In this document: in pieces, positions 8,177 through 17,713 of the stretch
Numbering within the stretch: the first letter of the stretch is position 1
Layout: every line of letters starts with the position of its first letter
NCBI GenBank assembly: GCA_965228855.1
Contig: CBDDIJ010000003.1
Span: 1,536,001-1,600,000, forward strand
Length of the DNA: 64,000 nt
Direction of reading: 5' to 3'
Source of the DNA: Candidatus Obscuribacterales bacterium
GTDB lineage: Bacteria; Cyanobacteriota; Vampirovibrionia; Obscuribacterales; Obscuribacteraceae
Program-made: the position numbers and the translations under genes
The notes under the pieces: generated by a model
Told to the model about the DNA's origin: nothing
Seen by the model: only the letters and a program-made list of their open reading frames with translations
Database searches by the model: none

Positions 8177-11083
8177 ATGGAGTTGAATATTACATTCGGG
8201 TGGCATCTTGACGGTCCCTCGTTTCCCGAAGAACCAGGTCTCGGTCAGTTGACCGCAGGTCCAATTGGCATGTTGAATCAGCTCTGTCTTCGCCTGGGAT
8301 TGATTACGAGATACCCTGCTCAAGCGGTGCGCATTGCTCAGTACCTCTCCCTGTTGAAGGCTAGCGACGACGGCAGCTATTTTTACTCGCAGTCGCTCAA
8401 AACAGACTCATGGGGAACTGCTAAAGCTATTTTGTCATTGCGAGATGATCTTCTCGCTAATGGATGGAAACCACTGGCAGCGAGCGAGGCCAACGTCGAT
8501 GTTCCTGCCAGACTTGCCGCCATATCTCAAATCGAAAAGCGCGCCGGTAATAAACTAACCTGTTTGACAGATATGATCGGTCCAATACTCGAGGCGCTCG
8601 ATACTGTAGATGACGTGAGAATATCTTCTATATCAATCTTGGACGGAATCGAACTTCTTCCGCCCATCTGGCAAAAGTTATTTTTGAAACTGGAATCGAA
8701 GAATGTACAGATTAAAGAATGGTTCGGATGCGACGAGAACAGCACCCCGATATCAGAGGATGTTTCTGAACAGCTTATATCGAGTCAAGCAAGCGCTGAT
8801 TCAGGGCTGGGAACCAGGAGTTTATCCGATGTCGCTAAACTGGGTGCGTTTCTGAACGCCAATGAGAAACTGAAATTTACAGGCGATGGTTCTCTTCTGA
8901 TTCTTGAGTCTGATGATGAGGTTCAGGCAGCCGACTACATTGCAAATTTACTCCCGCAATTAGCCGGGCAGAGACAAACGGTGATTATCCGCGGAGCGTC
9001 GACATCCTTTCTGGATAAGATGTTGAAGCATCAAAATCTGCCTGCTATTGGAGGTCCGAGGAAGTCGGCGCTGCGAGGTTATCTGCAACTATTGCCTCTG
9101 GCGCTGGAGCTTCTCTGGGAGCCCTTTGATCCGGTGAGAATGATTGAGTTTCTCTTGCTTCCGTATGGACCAATCCCCCCGTCGATAGCCAGGAGTTTTA
9201 CCTATGCGCTGAGCCGCGAGCCTGGTATCGGGGGTAGTGCCTGGGAAAAAGCCTGGAGAGACACGCGAGAACAACTGAAGAAATGGCAGACTGAGGACAA
9301 AAAAGAGCATTTCGTATGTTTTGAGACTGAAACGACTATTACCGAACCGAACAAGAAAGCCGATAATGTAGAGACCGATGCTCCGCTTGCGCGTGAACTG
9401 AGCCTGAAGAAATGGTTGGAATCAGAGAGATTCGACATCTCTTCCGGCATTCCTACTTCGGTAGTTCTCGATCTGTGTCGGCGGGTCAAGCAGCATGCTC
9501 ACCTCCGCCTTAATACAGTTTTTCCAGAATCGTTATCCTCAGAGAATCTCGTGTTCTTGCAGACAGCCGTCTGTGCAGAAACGCTTGTATCGACGGTCTC
9601 CGCGATGAATGTCGAATCGATATCGCGATCGCAGTTGATGCGCATCATCGAGTCCGTAATGGGCGAAGGATATTCGCCCGACAACCCTGAAGCCTCGGAA
9701 TGGTCGTCGGTCGATCATCCCGGACAGATAACGGCGCACGCAGATACAGTTATCTGGTGGGGATTTGTAGATAACGAGAAGCATGGTTTTACTACTCCCT
9801 GGTCTGCCGGTGAGTCTGCGTATCTGGAAAGCGTTGGCGTTCACGTCGACACGGCGCAGAGTGCTGTCGTTCGTGAAGCCAAAAGTTGGTGCCGTCCGAT
9901 TTTCACTTCTGCAAAACAGTTGTTGCTGGTAAAACCACGCGCAGTTGCTGGCAGAACTGTCGCGGCTCATCCTTTTTACCACGAAATATCAGCGGCACTG
10001 GAATTCACCCCGCACCGGACACGCTCGTCATTAATCAAACAAGCTCATCAGATTTACGAAGGAGCTTTTACCGACTGTTTGAACATATGCATAAAAAGTG
10101 AGCTGGTTAAACACACGGAACTCCCATCAAAGCGTCCACGCTGGAACATATCCGCTCACGCAATTGAACCGTCGAAAGAATCTGCAACCAGCCTGCAACG
10201 CTTGCTTGGCTGTCCACTTAATTGGATGCTGGAGCACAAAGCAAAATTCAAATTTGGACATTTGCTTTCTATCAGTGCAGGAGAGCAACTGGCTGGCAAT
10301 CTGGCACATGCGGTTTTTGCCCGAGTCTTCAATAACGCGAACTATTCGACTAATGCAGCTCAATCTGCGCAAATGTATTTCGATCAGTTGTGCCCTCAGG
10401 TCGCAGCACCTCTAATGTTGCCCGGAAACAGTTTGGAGAGGCAGCGCCTCAGGCAAGCGGTTGTCGAAGGTGCCGACTCACTTGCGCGCATGATCGATGA
10501 CGCTAAATTTTCCAAGGTTATCTGTGAAGTTGAACAGAACGTTACGCTTGACGGTGTTTCACTAACAGGTCGTCCTGACATGGTGCTCATCCACCCGGAT
10601 AATTCGGATTATGTCATAGACCTGAAGTGGACAAGGCGTGCGCCCTATCGACGACGAGAAATCAGTGAGGGGCGAGCAATTCAGTTGGCTCTTTATGCAA
10701 CACTGATTAGAAAAGATAGCGGTCTTGCCACAGAGGGCGGTTACTTTATGATCGCGCAAAAACAGTTATATTCGACCAGCGCGAAACTGTTTCCCGAACA
10801 CATGTACGTAGAGGGATTATCGCTGCGACACACCTTTGAAAACGTACTCCAGAACTATAAAACGCACCTCGAGATACTCGAAGGGGGCACCATATATGCC
10901 ACCGGTGTAAGTGTCGGCAGCAATGATGTTATTGAAACTGACGACGGCGGTATCGACATCTATCTGGACGATGAGCCCGAACATCCATCTCAGAAAGTTC
11001 CCGGAATCACACTTGCCCTCGAGCCGCCATGTCGGATTTGCAACTTCGCGCGCTTGTGCGGTTACAAGGAGTATCAATCGTGA
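8177..11083 (+). CDS. addB: AddB/RexB-like inactive-helicase + PD-(D/E)XK nuclease subunit
   Basis: GCP...GNLAH, GRPD, VIDLKW, QLALYA and C-terminal CRICNFARLC (4-Cys Fe-S staple pattern); paired with a UvrD-like gene. Confidence 0.7.
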   Translation: MELNITFGWHLDGPSFPEEPGLGQLTAGPIGMLNQLCLRLGLITRYPAQAVRIAQYLSLLKASDDGSYFYSQSLKTDSWGTAKAILSLRDDLLANGWKPLAASEANVDVPARLAAISQIEKRAGNKLTCLTDMIGPILEALDTVDDVRISSISILDGIELLPPIWQKLFLKLESKNVQIKEWFGCDENSTPISEDVSEQLISSQASADSGLGTRSLSDVAKLGAFLNANEKLKFTGDGSLLILESDDEVQAADYIANLLPQLAGQRQTVIIRGASTSFLDKMLKHQNLPAIGGPRKSALRGYLQLLPLALELLWEPFDPVRMIEFLLLPYGPIPPSIARSFTYALSREPGIGGSAWEKAWRDTREQLKKWQTEDKKEHFVCFETETTITEPNKKADNVETDAPLARELSLKKWLESERFDISSGIPTSVVLDLCRRVKQHAHLRLNTVFPESLSSENLVFLQTAVCAETLVSTVSAMNVESISRSQLMRIIESVMGEGYSPDNPEASEWSSVDHPGQITAHADTVIWWGFVDNEKHGFTTPWSAGESAYLESVGVHVDTAQSAVVREAKSWCRPIFTSAKQLLLVKPRAVAGRTVAAHPFYHEISAALEFTPHRTRSSLIKQAHQIYEGAFTDCLNICIKSELVKHTELPSKRPRWNISAHAIEPSKESATSLQRLLGCPLNWMLEHKAKFKFGHLLSISAGEQLAGNLAHAVFARVFNNANYSTNAAQSAQMYFDQLCPQVAAPLMLPGNSLERQRLRQAVVEGADSLARMIDDAKFSKVICEVEQNVTLDGVSLTGRPDMVLIHPDNSDYVIDLKWTRRAPYRRREISEGRAIQLALYATLIRKDSGLATEGGYFMIAQKQLYSTSAKLFPEHMYVEGLSLRHTFENVLQNYKTHLEILEGGTIYATGVSVGSNDVIETDDGGIDIYLDDEPEHPSQKVPGITLALEPPCRICNFARLCGYKEYQS

Positions 11084-14000
11084 GCATGGATGATGCGATT
11101 ATCGAACCGGTCGACACTGTTTCAATCAAACCGATAACAGTCATAGCCGCCAGTGCCGGCACTGGCAAAACCTACCGGCTGTCTCAAGAGTATCTGAAAG
11201 GTCTGGAGGCGACGACCAGGAACGATTCGGGCATTATAGCCACCACCTTCACGAATAAAGCCGCCGACGAATTGCTCGAGCGCATTCGACGCCTGCTTCT
11301 CGCCGAAGGCAACTGGCTTGCAGCGCAGGGCGTTTTAAGTGGTTACCTGGGAACAGTAAATGCTCTCTGCGGCCGCTTCTTAGCCGAACACGCCATCGAC
11401 GCCGGTCTGTCGCCGGATTTAACGATTATCGCAGAAGACCGATTACAAGCCGTTTTTGCAATTGCAGTGGACTCGGTCATTCATGAATTTGCCGGGCAAA
11501 TGCACGGACCGACAACACGCCTTCAGCTCGACAACTGGAGGCGCGATGTGCAAACAGTAATCGACCTCGCCCGCGACAATAACATCGAAGCGGAGGAACT
11601 CGAGAATCTTGCCGAGCAGTCCTGGCAAACCCTGAAAAAACTTCTTCCGATATCGGACTGTGAACATGCCGACAATCTCGATGCCGTAATAGCGCAGAAG
11701 ATCGACGAAATTTTGAAACAGCTTCCCGGCAAAGACGACCACACAAAAGGTACTCAGTCCGTCATCGAAAAACTAAAAGATGTTCGTTTGAAAATTAAGA
11801 GCGGTTCGCACATCGTTTGGCAGTCATGGGCGGATATGTCCAAACTGGCGGTCGGAAAGAATAGTCGAGAAATCATCGAACCGCTTGTGCAGGCCGCTCA
11901 AGTATACGCGCGGCATCCGCGCCTGCACGATGACATTAAGACTGTCATCTTTGGCGTGTTTCGTTGCGCCGCAGCTGCTATGAAAACCTACGAGGCTTAT
12001 AAGCGAGAGCACGGTCTGATTGACTTTGTCGACCAGATGCTGCTTACGCTCAAACTTCTGCAAAACCCTCAAGTCAGAGAGGCACTGCAGTCGAGGACAC
12101 ACCTTCTACTCGTAGACGAGTTTCAAGATACAAGTCCAATTCAGTTATCGATATTTCTGGAGCTCGCAAAACTGGTCGAATACTCCGTGTGGGTCGGCGA
12201 TGAGAAGCAGTCTATTTTTGGGTTCCGAGGGTCGGATCCCGAACTCATGCGCCAGGCAATTGAGACCCTTGTCACCAAAACTGGTGGCAGCAAAGATGTA
12301 TTGGTACGATCGTATCGGTCAAGACCAAAGCTAGTCGGTTTTACCAACGCCTTATTTTCCAGATGCGACCAGCTGCGCCTCATAACATCGACTAGCTCGA
12401 TCATCGAAGAAGTAAACCGCACTGAGTTCGAAGAACAGAATGATCCGTTGCACGTTTGGTGGCTGAAGGGCAAGCGGCAGGAGCAGTCATTCGCCTGTCT
12501 GGCAGCGGGGATCCGGGAGGTTCTGGACAATCCGGAAAAATGGCAGGTCCTTGACCGACACACCCAACAGCTTCGCCCAATCACAGGTTCGGACATAGCG
12601 ATTCTTTGCACGCGAAACACCAACCGCATAAAGGCCGCTAAAGCTCTGGTTGCTGTCGGGCTCACTGTAGCGACTGAGCGCGACGGCTTGCTCGACACAC
12701 CGGAGTGCGTTCTGGCTTGCGCGGCACTGAGAATAATCGTAGACGAAACCGATACACTGTCAGTTGCGGAACTCGCTAATCTGCTCTCTGACAGTTCCGG
12801 CGCCTGGCTAGATGACGCTATCAAATTGCGAGGGAAGACCAGGTCGAAAAACTGGCAGTCTGTTGAATCTCCGCAGTTATCTAAAACCAATCAGTGTCTG
12901 GACGATTTGAACCGGATAAAGTCAGCTTGCCTCGATCGCACACCTTCGGAGGTTCTCGAGAGTGCCATCAATGCCGATGGCATCATGAACACGATTATCT
13001 CGTGGGGCAATGTGCGTCAACGTCTGGCGAACCTTGATTCACTTCGGGGAATCGCCAAAACATACGAGGACTTATGCACTTCGTCAAGGATGCCCGCCAC
13101 AGCAGCTGGTCTGATTTTGCACCTGCATAAGTTCGTCGTGAATGGTGGCAGTCAATCAGCGAATCCAGATGAGAACGGCATTCACATACTCACGTATCAC
13201 AAGTCAAAAGGTCTTGAGTGGCCGATGGTCATACTTTGTGATCTGGACAGAGCGATTCCAGGCAACCCGTTCGGAGTCAAAGTTGAATCTAACAAGGCTG
13301 AACTCGATCCACTCAATCCACTACTAGGCAGAACGATTCGTTACTGGCCGTGGCCGTTCGGGAAGCAGCGATCCAAAATTGCACTGAATGATCAGGCTAT
13401 GAAAACCCCGCAAGGAAAAATTGCCGCCAAGCAGACCGCATCTGAAAACGTTCGCCTTCTCTACGTAGGTATGACGAGAGCACGTGACTACTTGGTTTTC
13501 GGGTGTCGTCCATATGGTTATGGCCCGCAATGGTTGAAATGTTTAACGGACAAAGAGTACGACTTGCCGCTCATGACCCTGTCCGATCGCGGCATCGCCT
13601 ATAAAGCCGAACTGATAGAAGAGGTTCCAGAATCGCTGACGCAGTTTACACCAATTGAAGAGCCGTCACCGGAGCAGTACTCGTCTATGAAGACCTCAGA
13701 TTGGTATTCCCCAATTCCCGTCCCGCAAGATAAAACAACAAAACATCCTCGCTATTACCTAAATCCCAGTGCAGCTTCCGATACTGACTTCGCGCTGGTC
13801 GCCGGCAGTAAAACCGAAACATACATAATCGGCGAGCGAATTCCCCTCAAGGGGACTCCTGACATGCTTACTGTCGGAGACTGCGTTCACGCGTTCCTGG
13901 CAGTTGATGATCAATCATCTGCCATGGAGAAGCGTATGGAAACGGCATCAAGGGTGGTGGCAGGTTTCAACGTCGAGAACCTGGAATTGCAGTCGTTGCC

Positions 14001-14355
14001 TGAGATGACCGATCGCTTGATGAAGTTCCTCGTCACTCGTTACCCGAAAATCATATTGGGTCATGAGATGCCTATACAGGGAAACCTTGGGCTGCGAAGA
14101 ATTCGGGGAACGATAGATCTTCTGGGTGAGACCGACGAAGGTTTTATCCTGATCGACCACAAAAGCTTCCCCGGGAGATTCGAAGAATGGGAAAGTAAAG
14201 CACTTTCACATGCAGCCCAACTGGCGCTATACAAACACGTGATCGAACAAGCGACTGGAAAGCCTTGCATAGCGCAATACATTCACATGCCAGTCGTCGG
14301 CGCGATCATCAGTCTCGATTTCCGACTGCAGCCGCTTTCCGGATGTAAACCATAG
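11080..14355 (+). CDS. addA: AddA/RexA-like UvrD helicase with C-terminal PD-(D/E)XK nuclease
   Basis: ASAGTGKT, TFTNKAA, VDEFQDTS, VGDEKQSIFGFRG, TYHKSKGLEW, LLYVGMTRA, GTIDL..IDHK..QLALY; GTG 11080 overlaps the addB stop (GTGA) with AAGGAG SD. Confidence 0.8.
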   Translation: MSMDDAIIEPVDTVSIKPITVIAASAGTGKTYRLSQEYLKGLEATTRNDSGIIATTFTNKAADELLERIRRLLLAEGNWLAAQGVLSGYLGTVNALCGRFLAEHAIDAGLSPDLTIIAEDRLQAVFAIAVDSVIHEFAGQMHGPTTRLQLDNWRRDVQTVIDLARDNNIEAEELENLAEQSWQTLKKLLPISDCEHADNLDAVIAQKIDEILKQLPGKDDHTKGTQSVIEKLKDVRLKIKSGSHIVWQSWADMSKLAVGKNSREIIEPLVQAAQVYARHPRLHDDIKTVIFGVFRCAAAAMKTYEAYKREHGLIDFVDQMLLTLKLLQNPQVREALQSRTHLLLVDEFQDTSPIQLSIFLELAKLVEYSVWVGDEKQSIFGFRGSDPELMRQAIETLVTKTGGSKDVLVRSYRSRPKLVGFTNALFSRCDQLRLITSTSSIIEEVNRTEFEEQNDPLHVWWLKGKRQEQSFACLAAGIREVLDNPEKWQVLDRHTQQLRPITGSDIAILCTRNTNRIKAAKALVAVGLTVATERDGLLDTPECVLACAALRIIVDETDTLSVAELANLLSDSSGAWLDDAIKLRGKTRSKNWQSVESPQLSKTNQCLDDLNRIKSACLDRTPSEVLESAINADGIMNTIISWGNVRQRLANLDSLRGIAKTYEDLCTSSRMPATAAGLILHLHKFVVNGGSQSANPDENGIHILTYHKSKGLEWPMVILCDLDRAIPGNPFGVKVESNKAELDPLNPLLGRTIRYWPWPFGKQRSKIALNDQAMKTPQGKIAAKQTASENVRLLYVGMTRARDYLVFGCRPYGYGPQWLKCLTDKEYDLPLMTLSDRGIAYKAELIEEVPESLTQFTPIEEPSPEQYSSMKTSDWYSPIPVPQDKTTKHPRYYLNPSAASDTDFALVAGSKTETYIIGERIPLKGTPDMLTVGDCVHAFLAVDDQSSAMEKRMETASRVVAGFNVENLELQSLPEMTDRLMKFLVTRYPKIILGHEMPIQGNLGLRRIRGTIDLLGETDEGFILIDHKSFPGRFEEWESKALSHAAQLALYKHVIEQATGKPCIAQYIHMPVVGAIISLDFRLQPLSGCKP

Positions 14356-14367
14356 ATACTGATTGCA

Positions 14368-14838
14368 TTACCAACGATGGAAGGCAGGGTGCCCCTCTTT
14401 TACGGCCACAAAAACAGACGTGCAGGTCGCACAGACTTTTCCGCCAGCAACTAATTCCCCATATACAGTCGCTCTATCCTCTTTCGAATCGACGACCCGT
14501 GCCACCATTGTAATTGCACCATCACATGGCGTCGGTCTCTTGAATTTCACATTATGCTCCGCCGTAACAGTACACGGAGGCGAGCTCAGACCATTTTGCT
14601 GCATAATGTGCCAGGACGCCATCCAGTTGCAATGACAATCTAAAAGACTGCAAACCATACCGCCATATATGATTCCTGGAAAGGCCTGGAACTTCGTCTC
14701 AGGCTGCCACGAGGCTACCAGGCTCCCGTCATCCTGAGGGAAGCTACTTATATGCAGACCATCCGGGTTAGCCGGACCGCATCCGTAGCAAATGCTCTTA
14801 GGCGCGTATTGTACCTGCAGGCAAATTTTTTCAGACAA
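14368..14838 (-). CDS. PaaI-family hotdog thioesterase
   Basis: CYGCGPANPDGL, GIIYGG..LLD and VKFKRPTP motifs. Confidence 0.85.
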   Translation of the reverse strand: MSEKICLQVQYAPKSICYGCGPANPDGLHISSFPQDDGSLVASWQPETKFQAFPGIIYGGMVCSLLDCHCNWMASWHIMQQNGLSSPPCTVTAEHNVKFKRPTPCDGAITMVARVVDSKEDRATVYGELVAGGKVCATCTSVFVAVKEGHPAFHRW

Positions 14839-14897
14839 GTTGAAATCCTCTCAGTAACGCAAACCATAGCCTAGCATGCCATTCATCGATTCCTAGT

Positions 14898-14921
14898 TCG
14901 TAAACCGATATCGATTTACGA
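14898..14921. repeat. Solo intergenic copy of the palindromic repeat
   Basis: TCGTAAACCGATATCGATTTACGA, an inverted repeat with one mismatched pair. Confidence 0.75.
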
Positions 14922-15186
14922 TAAGCGCCGACTGTAATCTCGCAAAGCAAATCACCTGAAAGGTCATATCCCTTCGGTTTTCAGCGTTCCATTGCCGGCA
15001 ACACTCCATCCCTCGTCTGCTAGTTAAGTAAATAAGTTACCGAATGCCTAGCATCTGGCTCGGGAATTTGAAGAAGCGCATGCAAAGAATGCCGACAACT
15101 TAAATCGAAATTGTTGAATACAGAGCGGAGCCGGCATGAATTGAACCGCGAGCCCAGAGAAAACTAAGACAAGCAGTTTATTGAGT

Positions 15187-15750
15187 ATGAAACCAATCGA
15201 AGTCACCCACTTCACCAAGCGGCTTGTGCTGGAGCCGCTAACTAAGCAGCATGCAAGCAAACTCTTTGAAGGGTTTAGCTCCCCTAAGTTATACGAATAT
15301 ATCCCGCAGAATCCACCGGCTTCGACGTCTGAATTGGAGACTCGGTACGGACACCTGGAAAAACGCACTTCTCCTGATGGTGGCAGCCTGTGGTTGAACT
15401 GGGCTTGCCGGTTGATAGCGAGTGACATTTATATAGGATTAGTTGAGGTAACATTAGACATTCACTCAATCGATGCGGCATTGGCGTACTTCATTTTCTC
15501 AGATCATCAGCACCTTGGATACGCAAGAGAGGCATGCGAGGCAGTACTTGAGCATATTTTCAGAGACTACGAGGCAGTGTCTTCGACATCTGAAATTGAC
15601 GACCTAAATGAAGCATCGATAGCCCTCGCTCATAGACTAGGTTTTCGGAAACTGGGGGACTCAAGAGCCGTTACTCCTTATAAAGGGAAAGCTCATTCTG
15701 AGGGAAGATATTCACTAACTCGCGAACGTTGGATGAGTCGCTCAACGTAG
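15187..15750 (+). CDS. GNAT family N-acetyltransferase (RimJ/RimL type)
   Basis: TKRLVLEPL, QHLGYAREA and NEASIALAHRLGF motifs. Confidence 0.85.
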   Translation: MKPIEVTHFTKRLVLEPLTKQHASKLFEGFSSPKLYEYIPQNPPASTSELETRYGHLEKRTSPDGGSLWLNWACRLIASDIYIGLVEVTLDIHSIDAALAYFIFSDHQHLGYAREACEAVLEHIFRDYEAVSSTSEIDDLNEASIALAHRLGFRKLGDSRAVTPYKGKAHSEGRYSLTRERWMSRST

Positions 15751-15826
15751 TGCTTATAGAGCTATGGGTCGTCGCAGTTCGCGAGAGTTGACGAACACAT
15801 TCGTGTCAAGAAAATAAACGAGCTTA

Positions 15827-16405
15827 CTAGTCTCGTGAGATGAAAAAGGCTCTTCTTAGTTTCTCCTTGCCGACAATAGTACCGACGGCTCGGAACGAGA
15901 AGAACACAATGAAAGTCACGAAGAACGCAAGTTGATGAGCAAGAAAACAAGGCCAGAATGTTTGAGGATTAGACGCTGGTGTAGCTCCCTTCTCGTGGTG
16001 AAAGAAACGTTCCTCGAAATGCATAATCACGTTTACGAGCGCAGTGAACAAAATTGACTTGTAAAGAACAGGATAGATAAAGGGTTTGTGCTCGAATCTT
16101 TTAGCCAGAGGCATTTTTTCGAGAACAAAAACAAACTTACCCAGGGCTACTGAACCGACCAGTGCAGTAGCATAGCTGGTAAGAAAATCGTTCTGAGAAC
16201 AGGCTACTAGCAGCGTCGTACAGCGAAATGTTTGCAGAATGCAAAAGGAGACGGCGAGGTATGCCATCACTGTTCCAACTTCGATAGCCTCTTCTCGTAA
16301 CTTCTCCTTCCAGGATTTTTTTTCGATGATAGTGCCTGAATCGCTCACAGATGAGGATTCAATCGAAGGCGTCTCTTGATCGGCTAGGGGCACAGATTCG
16401 TTCAT
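15827..16405 (-). CDS. Hypothetical integral membrane protein
   Basis: About four hydrophobic helices; 192-aa ORF. Confidence 0.6.
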   Translation of the reverse strand: MNESVPLADQETPSIESSSVSDSGTIIEKKSWKEKLREEAIEVGTVMAYLAVSFCILQTFRCTTLLVACSQNDFLTSYATALVGSVALGKFVFVLEKMPLAKRFEHKPFIYPVLYKSILFTALVNVIMHFEERFFHHEKGATPASNPQTFWPCFLAHQLAFFVTFIVFFSFRAVGTIVGKEKLRRAFFISRD

Positions 16406-16539
16406 ACTTGATGGCGGCGGAGGACATGGGGACCGGCAGGTGCATCATTTTAGCAGTCCAATTCTTCAAGCGCGCTAGTCAGCATCGATAGGTGACGAAT
16501 TGAAGGGCGGACGTGAAGTTTACGTTTCGTTTAAAATGC

Positions 16540-16568
16540 TTGAAAACCATTCAGTCCTGGGTTAACCT
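16540..16568 (+). promoter_or_regulatory. Possible sigma70 promoter of the his operon
   Basis: TTGAAA-17 nt-TAACCT about 35 nt upstream of the leader ATG. Confidence 0.35.
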
Positions 16569-16601
16569 CCCAGTACTAGTTGCGCAAGGACTGCTATCGA
16601 C

Positions 16602-16700
16602 ATGGTTGTCGGACTCCCACAAAACTTGAATCTGGCGGTTGATGCCCACGGACATCACCATCATCATCATGTTTTCCGGCGGAGCGGCCTGAACGGATAG
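16602..16700 (+). CDS. hisL: his operon leader peptide, 32 aa: MVVGLPQNLNLAVDAHGHHHHHHVFRRSGLNG
   Basis: AAGGA SD at 16586; 7 His codons (6 in tandem); lies upstream of a terminator and hisG; absent from the ORF track. Confidence 0.85.
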   Translation: MVVGLPQNLNLAVDAHGHHHHHHVFRRSGLNG

Positions 16701-16726
16701 ACACAGCATTGTGCTAGACCTTCTTC

Positions 16727-16756
16727 AAGAGCCCGCTCCGGCGGGCTCTTTTTGTT
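16727..16756 (+). terminator. his attenuator terminator hairpin
   Basis: AAGAGCCCGC-TCCG-GCGGGCTCTT followed by TTTGTT; CGGAGCGG at 16680-16687 can pair with CCGCTCCG at 16733-16740 as an antiterminator. Confidence 0.85.
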
Positions 16757-16774
16757 CTTCAAGGGGATAAATCT

Positions 16775-17713
16775 ATGACTGTAAAATCGGCACCCGGTAA
16801 GGAGAAGGAAACTTCGACAACGAACTGCAACAAAGAAAGTGCTGAAAATGTGCTTTCCATGACGCTTCCAACGGGGCGAATTCAAAATAAGGTTCTCGAA
16901 CTCCTGACCCAAATCGGAATAAACGTAAACAAGAGTGAGCGGTCCTACAAGCCTACTGTTTCTGCCGACGGCATTCAGGTCAAAATGTTGAAAGGACAGA
17001 ATATTCCAGAACTGGTTGCGCTTGGAAGGCACGATTGCGGATTCTGCGGCTACGACTGGATCGTTGAACGAGAAGCTGATGTTGTAGATTTACTCGATCT
17101 GGGTTTTGACCCTGTGAGAATTGTCGCAGCGGTTCCGGAAGATCTTGTAGCAGATAGAGCAAACGGTTTTAAAAATCTGGGGCGGCAACTTATCGTGGCT
17201 TCCGAATATCGTGGACTCACACAAAAATACATCGAGGAGCAAGGACTCGAAGCAGTTTACTTACAGACCTTCGGCGCGACAGAAGCATTGCCTCCGGAAG
17301 ACGCGGACATGATTATCGACAATACGGCCACCGGCACGACCCTGAAGCAGAATCGATTGACGATTATCGATGACTTGCTTCGTTCCACAACTCGATTCAT
17401 CTGTAATAAAAAGGCCCTGGAAAATCAGGTAAAAAAGAAGATGCTTGAAGAGATGGTCATGCTGATGGAAAGTTGCTTGCGCGCTCGCAACAAAGTTTTG
17501 CTTGAGATGCATTTCAGCTGCGAAGATTTCGAAACGGTGATCAAGCAGCTGCCGTGTATGAAAGCACCGACCATAAGCAAACTATACGGAGAAGAAGGTT
17601 ACGCTGTAAAAATCGCTGTGGAAAATCGGGAAATTCCTACGCTGATTCCGAAACTCGTGTCCATGGGCGCACGCGACATTTTAGAATTTCGTCTGGAGAA
17701 AATTGTCATATGA
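16775..17713 (+). CDS. hisG: ATP phosphoribosyltransferase, long form with C-terminal regulatory domain
   Basis: LPTGR, GYDWIVE, LDLGF, GATE, TGTTLKQNRL, C-terminal PTISKL...GARDIL. Confidence 0.95.
   Translation: MTVKSAPGKEKETSTTNCNKESAENVLSMTLPTGRIQNKVLELLTQIGINVNKSERSYKPTVSADGIQVKMLKGQNIPELVALGRHDCGFCGYDWIVEREADVVDLLDLGFDPVRIVAAVPEDLVADRANGFKNLGRQLIVASEYRGLTQKYIEEQGLEAVYLQTFGATEALPPEDADMIIDNTATGTTLKQNRLTIIDDLLRSTTRFICNKKALENQVKKKMLEEMVMLMESCLRARNKVLLEMHFSCEDFETVIKQLPCMKAPTISKLYGEEGYAVKIAVENREIPTLIPKLVSMGARDILEFRLEKIVI

Noticed and set aside
16667..17032. Minus-strand ORF over the attenuator and hisG
   Set aside because: Shadow ORF starting within hisG with no recognisable motifs
17554..17709. 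ORF-track N-terminal extension of hisC (likewise 22037 for hisA and 11029 for addA)
   Set aside because: These overlap the upstream genes; ATGA/GTGA-coupled starts at 17710, 22094 and 11080 fit better
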